From positions 1,696,001-1,760,000 of the forward strand of contig CAVQMM010000001.1 in assembly GCA_963713615.1 (NCBI GenBank): a stretch of 64,000 bases of DNA, in the 5' to 3' direction. Below, piece after piece: positions 30,007 through 40,688 of this stretch (the first letter of the stretch is position 1; each line of letters starts with the position of its first letter). This DNA is from an uncultured Chlamydiae bacterium. Its GTDB lineage: Bacteria; Chlamydiota; Chlamydiia; Chlamydiales; JAJFMA01. The notes beneath the pieces were generated by a model, which searched no databases, was not told where the DNA came from, and was given only the letters and a program-made list of their open reading frames with translations. Both the position numbers and the translations under genes were made by a program.

Positions 30007-30972
30007 CTAATCGAAATAGATATCTGGAGTGTAGCAATCTAGCGATACACAGCGCCATTTTACCTCAGCCTCTTCTTCGGCAAGGTAGGGTTCGACAAGC
30101 CTCTTAATACGTGACATCTGTTCACATGCGGCTCTCTTACCAGCCTCATAGATCTGTTGCTTTGCTCTCTCGTTAAATGTACCAATATCACAAGTTCTAG
30201 GACGGATAACAACATCCGCATAGCGCGTGCATATCTCATTTTGCCACATAAAAGCGATTTCAGCACTGCGATTGACTACACCAAAAAGATTGGTCGGAAA
30301 GGTTTTAGGTAATAATTCACAGAGATCTACCGCTATCACGACCTCGGCACCGAGGTCTCGCGCTACTTTAGCAGGCACAGGATTGATGACTCCACCGTCG
30401 ACCAACACGCGTCCCATGTGTTCGCATGGTACAAATACAAATGGTATGGAGCATGAGGCCTGAACCGCTTTTGCAAGATTACCTGCACCTATAGGAACAA
30501 GCTCACCAGTATGAAGATCTGTAGCAACGATCACCAATGGAATCCGAAGATCCGCAAAGGTGTCTGCACCTAGATAAGAACAGAGTACCCGACGCATAGA
30601 AGCATCTTGAGATAGGCCATAGCGACAATTCCACAAGTCTAGGTCCAACAGAGAGCGTGTACGAATCGACCAAACAGCTTGCTTAATTTCTTCAGCACAG
30701 GGATTATCGGCATAAAGGGCCCCTACAATGCTACCAGCACTACAACCAACGATGATATCTATGGGAATTCCGGCAGCTTCTAACTCTTCCAATACACCAA
30801 CATGAGCCATCCCACGCACGCCACCGCTGCCCAAAACCAAGGCAACTCTGACTCTTTCCGGAACGTAGAAGGGACACAGAGATTCCGGTACTTCGCAGGG
30901 AACAAACCGATGGGGACAACAACCGGATAGGGTCCAGATTAACATTAAAAACAAAAAAGGCATATACCACAC
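30007..30972 (-). CDS. Patatin-like phospholipase, probable lipoprotein
   Basis: GSGGVRG oxyanion motif, GCSAG nucleophile, DGG. Lipobox-like LSGC. Confidence 0.92.
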   Translation of the reverse strand: MWYMPFLFLMLIWTLSGCCPHRFVPCEVPESLCPFYVPERVRVALVLGSGGVRGMAHVGVLEELEAAGIPIDIIVGCSAGSIVGALYADNPCAEEIKQAVWSIRTRSLLDLDLWNCRYGLSQDASMRRVLCSYLGADTFADLRIPLVIVATDLHTGELVPIGAGNLAKAVQASCSIPFVFVPCEHMGRVLVDGGVINPVPAKVARDLGAEVVIAVDLCELLPKTFPTNLFGVVNRSAEIAFMWQNEICTRYADVVIRPRTCDIGTFNERAKQQIYEAGKRAACEQMSRIKRLVEPYLAEEEAEVKWRCVSLDCYTPDIYFD

Positions 30973-31268
30973 TCGGCCATAAATATCTCAATCGCAGGAT
31001 TAACCGACCAGGTTCAGGCCAATGAAAAATGGACTTCATTGGCTGGATAGACAAATTTGTCTTATAATCCATTTCCTCCATTAAGTCCACTGTAAGGTAT
31101 ATACCACGCGCGGTTAGATTTAACGCATTCGACAGCCTAACCATTAAACAATTTAATTCGATCCAAAAAGTAAATCATACCTTCCTTTGTAAAACAAATC
31201 ACTTTTTAATTTAATATAGATCAACTATAATAAAAGCGTAAAAACAAGCTTTAACTGGTTATTGCAAA

Positions 31269-33308
31269 ATGTTTGAAAAAATTAAGTCCATTCTACTCAT
31301 TTGCTGCAGTTTGGCCTTCTTGCCCCTCGGCATCATGGCCGCGGAATCCACCACATTCATCATATCCAAATCTTTCGACATAGACGCAAACAGCAATGCA
31401 GCATTTGTTACAGCTCTGGAGAAAAAGGCCCCTATTGAAGCGATAGCCAGATCTGATGGTTGGCAAATCTTTATTGGAGGGGATGCCATAGAGCAATCTT
31501 CAATGGACCTAATTGATCTTCTGAGCGGCTTGCTGCAAGCTCATAAAGTGGATGTACCTCTTGCACGAGGAGCCATTACTTATGGGCTATACTTCGCTGA
31601 TAAATATGAAAACGGAATCCCTAATGATGTAGTCATTAAAATGATTCGAGAGGGGTTAGCAAACGAATATGATGTCGATGTGTGGCTTTTTGAACAAAAT
31701 CCATCCCTAGAACGCTTTATCTTAGCTAACCGACTACACGAAAGTGCACTAGAACTTCGCATGGGTAGACTCTCCACGCCACAGATAATGATGAAGGGGC
31801 AGTGGAAGGCATGGGCAGATATCGTAGGCCAGAATCTCATAGACCCGACAACTGGCAGGCTGATGAATTACATCTTCACTCCTCAAGGGTTCGAGAAAAA
31901 CTCTGCCCAAGAGCCAAAGCCTAATACTCAACAAACAACTAATCAAAAAAACGACCAACAACAAAAGCCGAAAGGAACTGAAGAAAAGCCTAAGACTGAG
32001 CAGACTAACAATCAAAAAACTGACCAACAAACAAAAACTAATTCTGGACAGACCACTGGCAAACAGACTGGCCAACAACAAACCACAAAAGAAAAGCAAA
32101 AAGACAAAGACGACAAACAGTCCGAAGAACAAAAAAAGATTGACGAAGAACTGGAGCAGCAATTTAAAAAAGAACGTGCAGAGGAAGCTAAAAAAGAGCA
32201 AGAAAAAGAACAGAAGCTCTCTAAGGAACTAAAAACCTCAAAACAGCGAACAAGCAAAGAAGAGAAGCAAAAAAGGGCGGAAATAGTAAAAGCCGCCAAC
32301 CAGAAGCTCCAAGAAAAGCGCCAGCAAGAGTTCGATACTAAGAATGCTGAGAAGCTGAAAGCCGATGCTGAAGCTAAAAAAACTGAGGAAACTCGCGCCA
32401 ATCGAAAGATCACCATAGGAACAGCCTATAGAAATTTGGGCGGGTTACAAGAAGATGTTGTCGATAAAGTGAATGCCAACCATGAAATCTACGCACAGAC
32501 ATGGAAGCTCACCCATGAAGTCCATGACGCTGGGATTGCTGATCATGCCTGCAAAGTTCACGGCCATGTCGTTCCTTGTGATCCAGAGTGGGCCCGTATT
32601 GAAGCTATCCGTAACTGGCTCTACAACGGTAAGCCTCCCCCAGATAATTTCTGGGCCCGGACCCTAAATAGTCTAAGCGGTTGGTATGCCCCAAAACCCC
32701 GCGCTGATGGCCATGAAGAATGGATCATCATGATCGATGAAAATATGCCCATTACAAATATGTGCATTGACCCTAGAGAAGCTATAGATCTTCTCCGAGC
32801 CGATAAGGACGCCAGCATGATTTTTCTCCACGATAGCAAAGATTCCTCACCTACAGCCATCAATGATAGGGTCATTTTCGTCCGCAAAAACAACAACAGC
32901 CGCCATTTTTTTGATCAATTGTGGGACCAAAGAAAGAAACAGGGCGGCCCTTTACAGGAAGCCTTTGATTCTATCTATAAAGAGCACCGGTACTTTGCCG
33001 ATCAGATACAAATTATAGAGCCTCGCGATGCTAAGGCTAAAGACCGCGCTAAGATTAGCCTTGGGACGCTTAATCGTACGGAATGTTATCAAGTGGAGTT
33101 GGAAAATGGTTCCGCAAGCCTTGTTATGTTCAAGGATCCACCCTCTGATCAATGGCAGCCCGGGGATTGGATTGGTGGACCTGCTGGCGTCCCTCTACTA
33201 GGTTGGACATGCAGAAATAAATTTAATGGCCTGCCCGATGCGCCACTCCGTTATGATCTCATTCTGAAGCTCCTGGATCAAGTGCAACAAAGCTGTCCTA
33301 AGCGCTAA
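31269..33308 (+). CDS. Secreted protein: conserved N-domain, Q/K/E-rich stalk, degenerate GT34-like C-domain (paralog 1)
   Basis: Signal peptide, SLERFILANRLHESALE, WARIEAIRNWL..WIIMIDENMPITNM. Confidence 0.6.
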   Translation: MFEKIKSILLICCSLAFLPLGIMAAESTTFIISKSFDIDANSNAAFVTALEKKAPIEAIARSDGWQIFIGGDAIEQSSMDLIDLLSGLLQAHKVDVPLARGAITYGLYFADKYENGIPNDVVIKMIREGLANEYDVDVWLFEQNPSLERFILANRLHESALELRMGRLSTPQIMMKGQWKAWADIVGQNLIDPTTGRLMNYIFTPQGFEKNSAQEPKPNTQQTTNQKNDQQQKPKGTEEKPKTEQTNNQKTDQQTKTNSGQTTGKQTGQQQTTKEKQKDKDDKQSEEQKKIDEELEQQFKKERAEEAKKEQEKEQKLSKELKTSKQRTSKEEKQKRAEIVKAANQKLQEKRQQEFDTKNAEKLKADAEAKKTEETRANRKITIGTAYRNLGGLQEDVVDKVNANHEIYAQTWKLTHEVHDAGIADHACKVHGHVVPCDPEWARIEAIRNWLYNGKPPPDNFWARTLNSLSGWYAPKPRADGHEEWIIMIDENMPITNMCIDPREAIDLLRADKDASMIFLHDSKDSSPTAINDRVIFVRKNNNSRHFFDQLWDQRKKQGGPLQEAFDSIYKEHRYFADQIQIIEPRDAKAKDRAKISLGTLNRTECYQVELENGSASLVMFKDPPSDQWQPGDWIGGPAGVPLLGWTCRNKFNGLPDAPLRYDLILKLLDQVQQSCPKR

Positions 33309-33554
33309 GACCACTAAAAGATGTTGTAGATACGTCTGTCCATTTTATCTACACAATCCTTCACCTATCCAATCGAATGCGCCAAATCTAGCCTTGCAAG
33401 GGCCTTGCATGGCATAAATCCTGCCAGCCGAATAAACTCACTTGTTATGAACAATCGAAAAGAACATTCATTTTTAATTGAGTTAATATTTAAAATAGCA
33501 TATAATCTTGTTGGATTAAATATGTCAAACTAATAAATTGAGTGTATTTTTAAT

Positions 33555-35936
33555 ATGAAAATAATTAAATCAGCCATTTTTTTACTTTGCATTCTTGTAA
33601 TATTACCCATTCACGGTACAGCAACCAGCATGATGTTTTCAGTCGACAAGACTTATAAGTTAAGTGCCAAAAGTAAAGAGAAGCTCATTCAAGGCTTGAA
33701 AGGCGAAATTCGCCTAGAAATTTCAAGCAACCCCAAAGGTTGGCAGGTATTTCTTGGAGACGAAGCTAGCGAGAACTATTCTACAGATTCCCTAAAATTT
33801 ATACATAACATTTTGAAGTCTGATGATCAGAATAAGGAACTTGCCAAAGCAGCCATTACTTATGGTCTGAATATGATGGAAAGGTATGAGCGGGACACAC
33901 CAAGCTCACACACCTCTGAAATGCTTAGACGCGGACTGGCAAACTACTATAATGTTGGAGTGCGCTTACTGGAGGATAATGCATCCCTCGAGCGTTTTAT
34001 TTTAGGCAACAGGTTGCACGAAAGTGCGCTGGAGATACGTCTTGAATGGCTATCGCCACCTCAGATTAAGCAGAAAGGACGATGGAAAGCTTGGCAGACC
34101 ATCCAGGAAGAGATTCCTATGGACCCCTTGACGGGACGTCTATTGAACCATGTCTTCACCACTGATGGCTTCCAACTAAATCCAAAAGGACAAAAGGGTT
34201 CTTCGAATTCCCACAAGCAAGAAGAGGAAGCTCGTAAGGCTGAACAGCAACGCAAAGATGAGCAAGCCAGGCAGAAAGCCGAGGAGAACCGCAAGGCTGA
34301 AGAAGCTCGTAAGGCTCAGCAAAATAAACAAAACACAAATAAAAAAAACGCCGCCGAAAAAACTGCAGAAGACAAAAGGATTGAAGAAGAGCTACGCATA
34401 GAGTTTGAACAAGCGCGCGAAGCAGAACGAAAAGCTGAAGAAGCGCGGGAAGCTCAGCGTTCTACTGAGCAGAAAGGCGCAAAGAGAGGTCCATCGACAA
34501 AAGAGGAACGCCAAAAACGGGCCGCAGAGGTCAAAGCGGCAAATGCTCGCAAGAGTGAACAAATGAAAAAAGAAGCCGAACAGAAAGCTAAACAAGCTAA
34601 CCAACAAAACACTGAACAGCCACGCAAAGACGAGCAAGCCAAGAAGAATACTGAGGAAGAACGAAAAGCCGAAGAAGCCCGTAAAGCTGAACAGCGACGC
34701 AAAGACGAGCAAGCCAAGAAGAAGGCTGAAGAAGAACGAAAAGCCGAAGAAGCTCGTAAAGCCGCTGAACAAAAGCGCAAAGATGAACAAGCCAAGCAAA
34801 AGAAAGCCGAGGAAGACCGCAAGGCCGAGGAAGACCGCAAGGCCGAAGAAGCTCGTAAAGCCGCTGAACAGCGACGCAAAGATGAGCAAGCCAAGCAAAA
34901 GAAAGCCGAGGAAGACCGCAAAGCCGAAGAAGCTCGTAAAGCCGCTGAACAAAAGCGCAAAGATGAACAAGCCAAGCAAAACACTTTCAAAAATAAAACC
35001 AATAGACACATTATCATTGGAATGACTTATGTAGGTGGCAATCCTGAACGAGATGAACTCTCTAAAATTGTCGCTGACACCCACACAGAATACGCAACAT
35101 TGTGGGGCCTCGGTCAAGAGGTTGAAGTCAACAGCCTGTTGAAAGATGCCTGCACGGTAAATACAGGCTCTGTAGATTGTGAGGCGTACTGGAACAAAGT
35201 CGCTGTCCTTCGACGCTGGCTTTATGATGGCGAAGTTCCGAATCGGCAAAACCGATTTAGGCCCGGCTCGAATGAAGAATGGTATATCATGGTTGACGAT
35301 GATATGCCGATTACCAATATGGGCATTGACCCCTATAAAGCCATCGACCAACTTCGCGATCATGCCGATACCAGCATCATTATTGCTCTCGATGTCATGA
35401 ACTGGAACGGGGATTCACACACATCAGTTAACACTGGCCTAATGATTGTTCGTAAAGATGAGGCGAGTCGAAAGTTCTTTGATGAACTTTGGGAAGAGCG
35501 AAATACGCCAGTTAAAAACGCACCCTACTATTGCCCAACGCTCGGTGTCTGCAAACAGCAGCATACTCTACACGAGCAACAGGGCTTTGCCAACCTCCTG
35601 CAAAGAAACCGAAACCTTATTAACACCGTTGTCAGCGTGGTACGACCTCGTTCCTCAAACTCCTACTCCGATCGCGCCCACATCGCCCTAAATACCTTCC
35701 ATCGCTCGGGATGCTTCTACCGCGATCAGAAAGGCTGGGCTACGACGCACTTCTCATACAATGATCCAGAGAGTGGTAAATGGCGTCCGGGTGACTGGAT
35801 GGGCCAAACAGCTGGCGTACCCCTAGTAGGATGGTGGTGCGGCGATAAAGATGTAGGTAAACCTAAGGGACCGATTCGGTTAGATATGATTAGGCAAATG
35901 ACCAGCCAGATCGTCCGAGACTATGTAAGAGAATAA
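33555..35936 (+). CDS. Secreted protein: N-domain, TolA-like repeat stalk, GT34 (GMA12/MNN10)-like glycosyltransferase domain (paralog 2)
   Basis: YWNKVAVL, WYIMVDDDMPITN (DxD), VNTGLMIVRK..SRKFFDELW, HEQQGF. Confidence 0.7.
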   Translation: MKIIKSAIFLLCILVILPIHGTATSMMFSVDKTYKLSAKSKEKLIQGLKGEIRLEISSNPKGWQVFLGDEASENYSTDSLKFIHNILKSDDQNKELAKAAITYGLNMMERYERDTPSSHTSEMLRRGLANYYNVGVRLLEDNASLERFILGNRLHESALEIRLEWLSPPQIKQKGRWKAWQTIQEEIPMDPLTGRLLNHVFTTDGFQLNPKGQKGSSNSHKQEEEARKAEQQRKDEQARQKAEENRKAEEARKAQQNKQNTNKKNAAEKTAEDKRIEEELRIEFEQAREAERKAEEAREAQRSTEQKGAKRGPSTKEERQKRAAEVKAANARKSEQMKKEAEQKAKQANQQNTEQPRKDEQAKKNTEEERKAEEARKAEQRRKDEQAKKKAEEERKAEEARKAAEQKRKDEQAKQKKAEEDRKAEEDRKAEEARKAAEQRRKDEQAKQKKAEEDRKAEEARKAAEQKRKDEQAKQNTFKNKTNRHIIIGMTYVGGNPERDELSKIVADTHTEYATLWGLGQEVEVNSLLKDACTVNTGSVDCEAYWNKVAVLRRWLYDGEVPNRQNRFRPGSNEEWYIMVDDDMPITNMGIDPYKAIDQLRDHADTSIIIALDVMNWNGDSHTSVNTGLMIVRKDEASRKFFDELWEERNTPVKNAPYYCPTLGVCKQQHTLHEQQGFANLLQRNRNLINTVVSVVRPRSSNSYSDRAHIALNTFHRSGCFYRDQKGWATTHFSYNDPESGKWRPGDWMGQTAGVPLVGWWCGDKDVGKPKGPIRLDMIRQMTSQIVRDYVRE

Positions 35937-35940
35937 GATT

Positions 35941-35977
35941 AGGAATTTGAAGGGGGCCTTGCCCCCTTCAAATTTCT
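35941..35977 (+). terminator. Intrinsic terminator hairpin
   Basis: AGGAATTTGAAGGGGGC-CTT-GCCCCCTTCAAATTTCT followed by a T-rich tract. Confidence 0.75.
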
Positions 35978-36115
35978 TATTTTCGTTTGATAAATTATTC
36001 ATTTCTTAATTTAATTGTTTTATCCTTAACACTTCTTTTAATTTGAATTAATATAAGTAGTTTATTATCATGCAATGAGTTAAATGTGAAAGTAACTAAT
36101 TAAAGAGAAAAAATC

Positions 36116-38731
36116 ATGACCATAAAAAATATTAAACATACCCTTCTTCTATGTTGCATGCTCCTTCTACCCTTTTGGGCTGGGGCAGCAACCTCAATTT
36201 TTTCAGTCGAAAAAGACTATCAATTGACCCTCAAAAGTAAAGAAAAGCTCATTCAGGGCTTAAATGGCAAACTCCGCCTAGAGGTTTTAAGTGGTGCTCA
36301 AGGCTGGCAGGTCTTTGTGGGTGATGATGCTGTAGAGAAGTATTCTACAGACGCCCTAGAGCTTATCCATAACATCCTAACGTATAATAACCAGGACAAA
36401 GAGCTTGCTAAGGCTGCGATTACTTTTGGTCTTTATGTGATGGAAAAATACGAAAATGGCATGCCAACTCCACTAACTTCCAAGATGCTCCGAAGCGGGT
36501 TGGCAAATTATTATGATGTGGAAGTGCGTGAGTTAGAGGATAATGAATCCCTAGAGCGTTTTATTTTAGGCAACAGGCTACACGAAACTGCTCTAGAAGT
36601 GCGCATGGGAGTGTGGTTTCAACCTCAGATTAAGCAAAAAGGCCGATGGAGGTCGTGGCGGTCGATCCAAGAGCAAATTCCAATGGACCCTGTAACAGGA
36701 CGCCTATTGGACCATGTATTCACTCCTGATGGCTTCCAATTAAAACCTCAAGAACAACAAGGCTATTCCAATTCCCGAAAGAAAGAAGAGGAAGCTCGCC
36801 AAAAAGCTGAGCAAGCCAAACAAAAGAAAGCCGAAGAAGAGCGTAAAGCCGAAGAAGCTCGTAACGCTGAACAGCAACGCAAAGATGAGCAAGCCAAGCA
36901 GAAGAAAGCCGAAGACAGGCGCAAGGCCGAAGAAGCTCGTAACGCTGAACAGCAACGCAAGGACGAAGAAGCCAGGCAGAAGAAAGCCGAGGAAAACCGC
37001 AAGGCTGAAGAAGCTCGTAAGGCTCAGCAAAAGAAACAAAACACAAATAAAAAAAGCGCCGCCGAACAAGCTGCAGAAGACAAAAGAATTGAAGAAGAGC
37101 TGCGCAAGGAGTTTGAACAGGCGCGCGAAGCAGAACGAAAAGCTGAAGAAGCGCGGGAAGCTAAGCGTTCTACAGAGCAGAAAGGCGCAAAGAGAGGTCC
37201 GTCGACAAAAGAGGAACGCCAAAAACGGGCCGAAGAGGTCAAAGCGGCAAATGCTCGCAAGAGTGAACAAATGAAAAAAGAAGCCGAACAGAAAGCTAAA
37301 CAAGCTAACCAACAAAACACTGAAAAGCCACGCAAAGACGAGCAAGCCAAGAAGAAAGCTGAAGAAGAACGAAAAGCCGAAGAAGCTCGTAAAGCTGAAC
37401 AGCGACGCAAGGACGAGCAAGCCAAGAAGAAAGCTGAAGAAGAACGAAAAGCCGAAGAAGCTCGTAAAGCTGAACAGCGACGCAAGGACGAGCAAGCCAA
37501 GAAGAAAGCTGAAGAAGAACGAAAAGCCGAAGAAGCTCGTAAAGCTGAACAGCGACGCAAAGATGAACAAGCCAAGCAGAAGGCTGAAGAAGAACGAAAA
37601 GCCGAAGAAGCTCGTAAAGCTGAACAGCGACGCAAAGACGAACAAGCCAAGCAGAAGGCTGAAGAAGAACGAAAAGCCGAAGAAGCTCGTAAAGCTGAAC
37701 AGCGACGCAAAGACGAGCAAGCCAAACAGAAGGCTGAGGAAGAACGAAAAGCCGAAGAAGCCCGTAAGGCTGAACAGCAACGCAAAGACGAGCAAAAGAA
37801 GGCCGAAGAAGCCAAAAAGAAAAAAGCTAAAGAGGTTCGAGCCAATCGACATGTCACCATAGGAACTGTCTACGAGAGCAATACAGGCTTAGCGGCCGAT
37901 GTAGCTGATAAAGTCAGCAGCAACCATGAAGAATATGCGCAACTATGGAACCTCTCGCATGAAATTCATAATACGGTAGTACAAAATGCATCCTACAAAG
38001 ATTCAAAGTCTGTGTCAGACAATTCGGACTGGAACAAAATCGCCGCTATTCATAATTGGCTATATGATGGCAAGCCTCCTCCAGGTAACCTTTTGGGTAT
38101 GATATTGAATAGCTTAACCGGTTGGTATACGCCACCACTGCACCCTGAGGGTCATGAAGAATGGTTAATGATGATTGATGCCAACATGCCTATTACTAAC
38201 ATGTGCATTGATCCACGAGAAGTTATCGACTTGCTTCGCAATGACCAAAACACCAGCATTATCGCTGTTCAAGATGGGATAATAATTAACTCGGGCGTAA
38301 TGATCGTTCGCAAGGATAACCAAAGCCGTCAGTTTTTTGATCGACTTTTGGCAAGAAAAGGACTGAAAGAAAAACTGAAAGAAGAGGTTTCTCCAAAAGC
38401 TCTCTTTGATGAGGTGCTGCATAGCCGTTCCTACTTTGCCGATTCGGTAAGCCTGGTGCAACCGCGCAACGCCATAGTCAACTTAGGTACTGTAAAACAT
38501 GACAGCTGCTATAAGATAGAACCCGATTATGACCAGCTCGAAACAGTATTACACGATGACTCTATGAATATGTGGCGGCCTGGAGATTGGATAGGTGGAC
38601 CCACCGATGTTCCGCTCATCGGCTGGACTTGCACCGCTCACAAGAAAGGTCTACCAGATAGCACTCTACGCTATGATTCACTCATCAAGATGCTGAATCA
38701 AGTACAAAGAACATGTCCCAATAAGAAATAA
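36116..38731 (+). CDS. Secreted protein: N-domain, long TolA-like repeat stalk, degenerate GT34-like C-domain (paralog 3)
   Basis: WNKIAAIHNWL, WLMMIDANMPITNM, INSGVMIVRK. Confidence 0.6.
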   Translation: MTIKNIKHTLLLCCMLLLPFWAGAATSIFSVEKDYQLTLKSKEKLIQGLNGKLRLEVLSGAQGWQVFVGDDAVEKYSTDALELIHNILTYNNQDKELAKAAITFGLYVMEKYENGMPTPLTSKMLRSGLANYYDVEVRELEDNESLERFILGNRLHETALEVRMGVWFQPQIKQKGRWRSWRSIQEQIPMDPVTGRLLDHVFTPDGFQLKPQEQQGYSNSRKKEEEARQKAEQAKQKKAEEERKAEEARNAEQQRKDEQAKQKKAEDRRKAEEARNAEQQRKDEEARQKKAEENRKAEEARKAQQKKQNTNKKSAAEQAAEDKRIEEELRKEFEQAREAERKAEEAREAKRSTEQKGAKRGPSTKEERQKRAEEVKAANARKSEQMKKEAEQKAKQANQQNTEKPRKDEQAKKKAEEERKAEEARKAEQRRKDEQAKKKAEEERKAEEARKAEQRRKDEQAKKKAEEERKAEEARKAEQRRKDEQAKQKAEEERKAEEARKAEQRRKDEQAKQKAEEERKAEEARKAEQRRKDEQAKQKAEEERKAEEARKAEQQRKDEQKKAEEAKKKKAKEVRANRHVTIGTVYESNTGLAADVADKVSSNHEEYAQLWNLSHEIHNTVVQNASYKDSKSVSDNSDWNKIAAIHNWLYDGKPPPGNLLGMILNSLTGWYTPPLHPEGHEEWLMMIDANMPITNMCIDPREVIDLLRNDQNTSIIAVQDGIIINSGVMIVRKDNQSRQFFDRLLARKGLKEKLKEEVSPKALFDEVLHSRSYFADSVSLVQPRNAIVNLGTVKHDSCYKIEPDYDQLETVLHDDSMNMWRPGDWIGGPTDVPLIGWTCTAHKKGLPDSTLRYDSLIKMLNQVQRTCPNKK
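37331..37780 (+). repeat. Coding tandem repeat, 6 x 75 bp (25 aa RKDEQAK(K/Q)KAEEERKAEEARKAEQR)
   Basis: Units start at 37331, 37406, 37481, 37556, 37631 and 37706. Confidence 0.9.
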
Positions 38732-38737
38732 CATATC

Positions 38738-38772
38738 AAAATAAGGAGACCGTCGTACGGTCTCCTTATTTT
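38738..38772 (+). terminator. Intrinsic terminator hairpin
   Basis: AAAATAAGGAGACCGT-CGT-ACGGTCTCCTTATTTT. A second perfect hairpin follows at 38782-38815. Confidence 0.75.
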
Positions 38773-38890
38773 ATTTGTGGAGAGGATTTTTACCGCCGAG
38801 GCGGTAAAAATCCTCCCTGTCTCTCATTTTTCAACTCCGAATAGGCAACATTAGGCCCATCTGCTATAAGCCGAAATATTCGGAATTGAA

Positions 38891-39919
38891 GTGAGGACCC
38901 AAGTCGTGGAATCAAAATACGTGGGGGATCTTCCAAAAAAAGATCCTCTCTATCATTTCCTCAAGCACGATGTTTTGCCGCAGCTAACTCATCATGTCGC
39001 ACATGCCAGCTTTCGCGTTTTCAAAATGCACAGCTCTAACAATGATGTGTACCTATACGAAGACAAAGAAACTCATACTCGCGTCATCGGTAAATTTTTC
39101 ATCGGCGACACTGCAAAAAAACATGAAGACGCAGCACGGAGAGCACATCAAGAATTCGCAAATTTGAACTTGCTGCGTAGCTATGGACTGCAAAGAGACC
39201 CACATCATGTTGTAAAACCATTAGCCTATAACCTAGATCTCAACAATGTACTCGTTGAAGAATATTGCCAAGGCGACTCATTGACCGCCATTATCCATAA
39301 TGCTATCCACCATCACAAAAGGCATGCTCTTTACCGCAAACTAACCTCTCTGGCCTACTTCCTAGCCACTATGCACAATACGACAGCTAAAGACATGCGA
39401 GTTGACTTCAGAGGTGACTGTGAGTATCTCTGTCATCTCCTGCAGCAAGTCAAAAAAAAACGTCTGATCAATGAGCACGAAGAGAATCACTTCCATTCTC
39501 TATGCCAAAGGTGGCAAGAACAGCCTAGGATGTGGGAGGACCACCAAGTACTAGCCCATGGCGATGCCACGCCATCAAACTTCTTGTTTGGCCATGGTCT
39601 CAACGTCACAGCTATTGATCTCGAACGCATGAAATATTCGGATCGTGTCCTTGACCTTGGCCGGATCGTGGGCGAGTTGCAGCATTATTTTGTCATGGGA
39701 ACCGGTAACAAGAACGAAGCAGAAGGCTTTATTGGCCATTTCCTTTGGGAATATTCCTGCCACTTTCCAGATCGACATAAAGCCTTTAACTCCATCACCG
39801 GCCGCCTGCCTTTTCAGATTGCTGTGACACTCCTGCGTATAGCTCGTAACTCGTGGATCGCCAAAGATCATGCCCATAAGCTCGTGACTATGGCCAAATC
39901 TACCCTTGAGAGCCTATAG
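38891..39919 (+). CDS. Aminoglycoside phosphotransferase/choline kinase-fold phosphotransferase
   Basis: Brenner motif HGDATPSN, IDLE, DLG. Confidence 0.85.
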   Translation: MRTQVVESKYVGDLPKKDPLYHFLKHDVLPQLTHHVAHASFRVFKMHSSNNDVYLYEDKETHTRVIGKFFIGDTAKKHEDAARRAHQEFANLNLLRSYGLQRDPHHVVKPLAYNLDLNNVLVEEYCQGDSLTAIIHNAIHHHKRHALYRKLTSLAYFLATMHNTTAKDMRVDFRGDCEYLCHLLQQVKKKRLINEHEENHFHSLCQRWQEQPRMWEDHQVLAHGDATPSNFLFGHGLNVTAIDLERMKYSDRVLDLGRIVGELQHYFVMGTGNKNEAEGFIGHFLWEYSCHFPDRHKAFNSITGRLPFQIAVTLLRIARNSWIAKDHAHKLVTMAKSTLESL

Positions 39920-39920
39920 A

Positions 39921-40688
39921 ATGGATATTGAGGCAATCCTATTCGACGTGAATGGTACGATGGTGGACATCTTAACTGACGAAAGCTCAGTCGATGTTTT
40001 TCGCAAAATGCGTAATTTCTTGTATTATCAAGGAATTGTGATCCATAAAACTCAGCTCAGAGATCTCTATTTCCAACTTCTGAAGCAGCAGCAGTATACC
40101 TCTAGGGAAAAGTATGCAGAATTCAATAGCGTGAACATTTGGCAAAGAATCATTGAGCTACACGAAACGGCAGCCACCAAAGCTCTTGCAGAAGACGTTC
40201 GACGCGCTCTGCCCATGCTAGCTTCCCAATTCTACCGATCCCTCACTCTTTGCAAAAAATTGTGTCTCTACCCTGGTGTCGAGAATACCCTAGCAATCCT
40301 TCATGTCGACTACCGCCTCGCTATTGTCACAGATGCACAATCCTCTTATGCAGCTCCTGAGCTAAGAGCTGTGGGTATCGCCGACTATTTCAATCCTATC
40401 GTTATCTCCGGAGATCATGGCTATCGCAAACCTGATCGTCGTCTATTCCTAAGTGCTTCCGAGACATTAAATGTTAAACCGGAGAATACTGTATTCGTTG
40501 GCAACGATATGTATCGCGATGTATACGGGGCCAAGCAAGCAGGTATGAATATGGTCTATTTCGCCTCGAATCAAGGCGATAAGGAGCCTCATGGTGCTGA
40601 ACCCGATTACATCATCTATGAGTTTCCCCAGCTACTCCAAGCCATCGAGTTTTTTAAACGCAAAAACACAAAAAAAGAAGGCCGTTAG
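39921..40688 (+). CDS. HAD-superfamily hydrolase
   Basis: FDVNGT (DxN variant), VTD, RKPD, FVGNDMYRDVYGA. Confidence 0.88.
   Translation: MDIEAILFDVNGTMVDILTDESSVDVFRKMRNFLYYQGIVIHKTQLRDLYFQLLKQQQYTSREKYAEFNSVNIWQRIIELHETAATKALAEDVRRALPMLASQFYRSLTLCKKLCLYPGVENTLAILHVDYRLAIVTDAQSSYAAPELRAVGIADYFNPIVISGDHGYRKPDRRLFLSASETLNVKPENTVFVGNDMYRDVYGAKQAGMNMVYFASNQGDKEPHGAEPDYIIYEFPQLLQAIEFFKRKNTKKEGR

Noticed and set aside
31749..37862. Long antisense or alternate-frame ORFs (e.g. 34392-35363, 36740-37852, 37024-37860)
   Set aside because: They are shadows of the low-complexity K/E/A/Q stalk repeats, which lack stops in other frames.
33555..38731. Calling the stalk proteins TolA
   Set aside because: The similarity is compositional only. 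There is no tolQ/tolR/tolB/pal context and the terminal domains differ.
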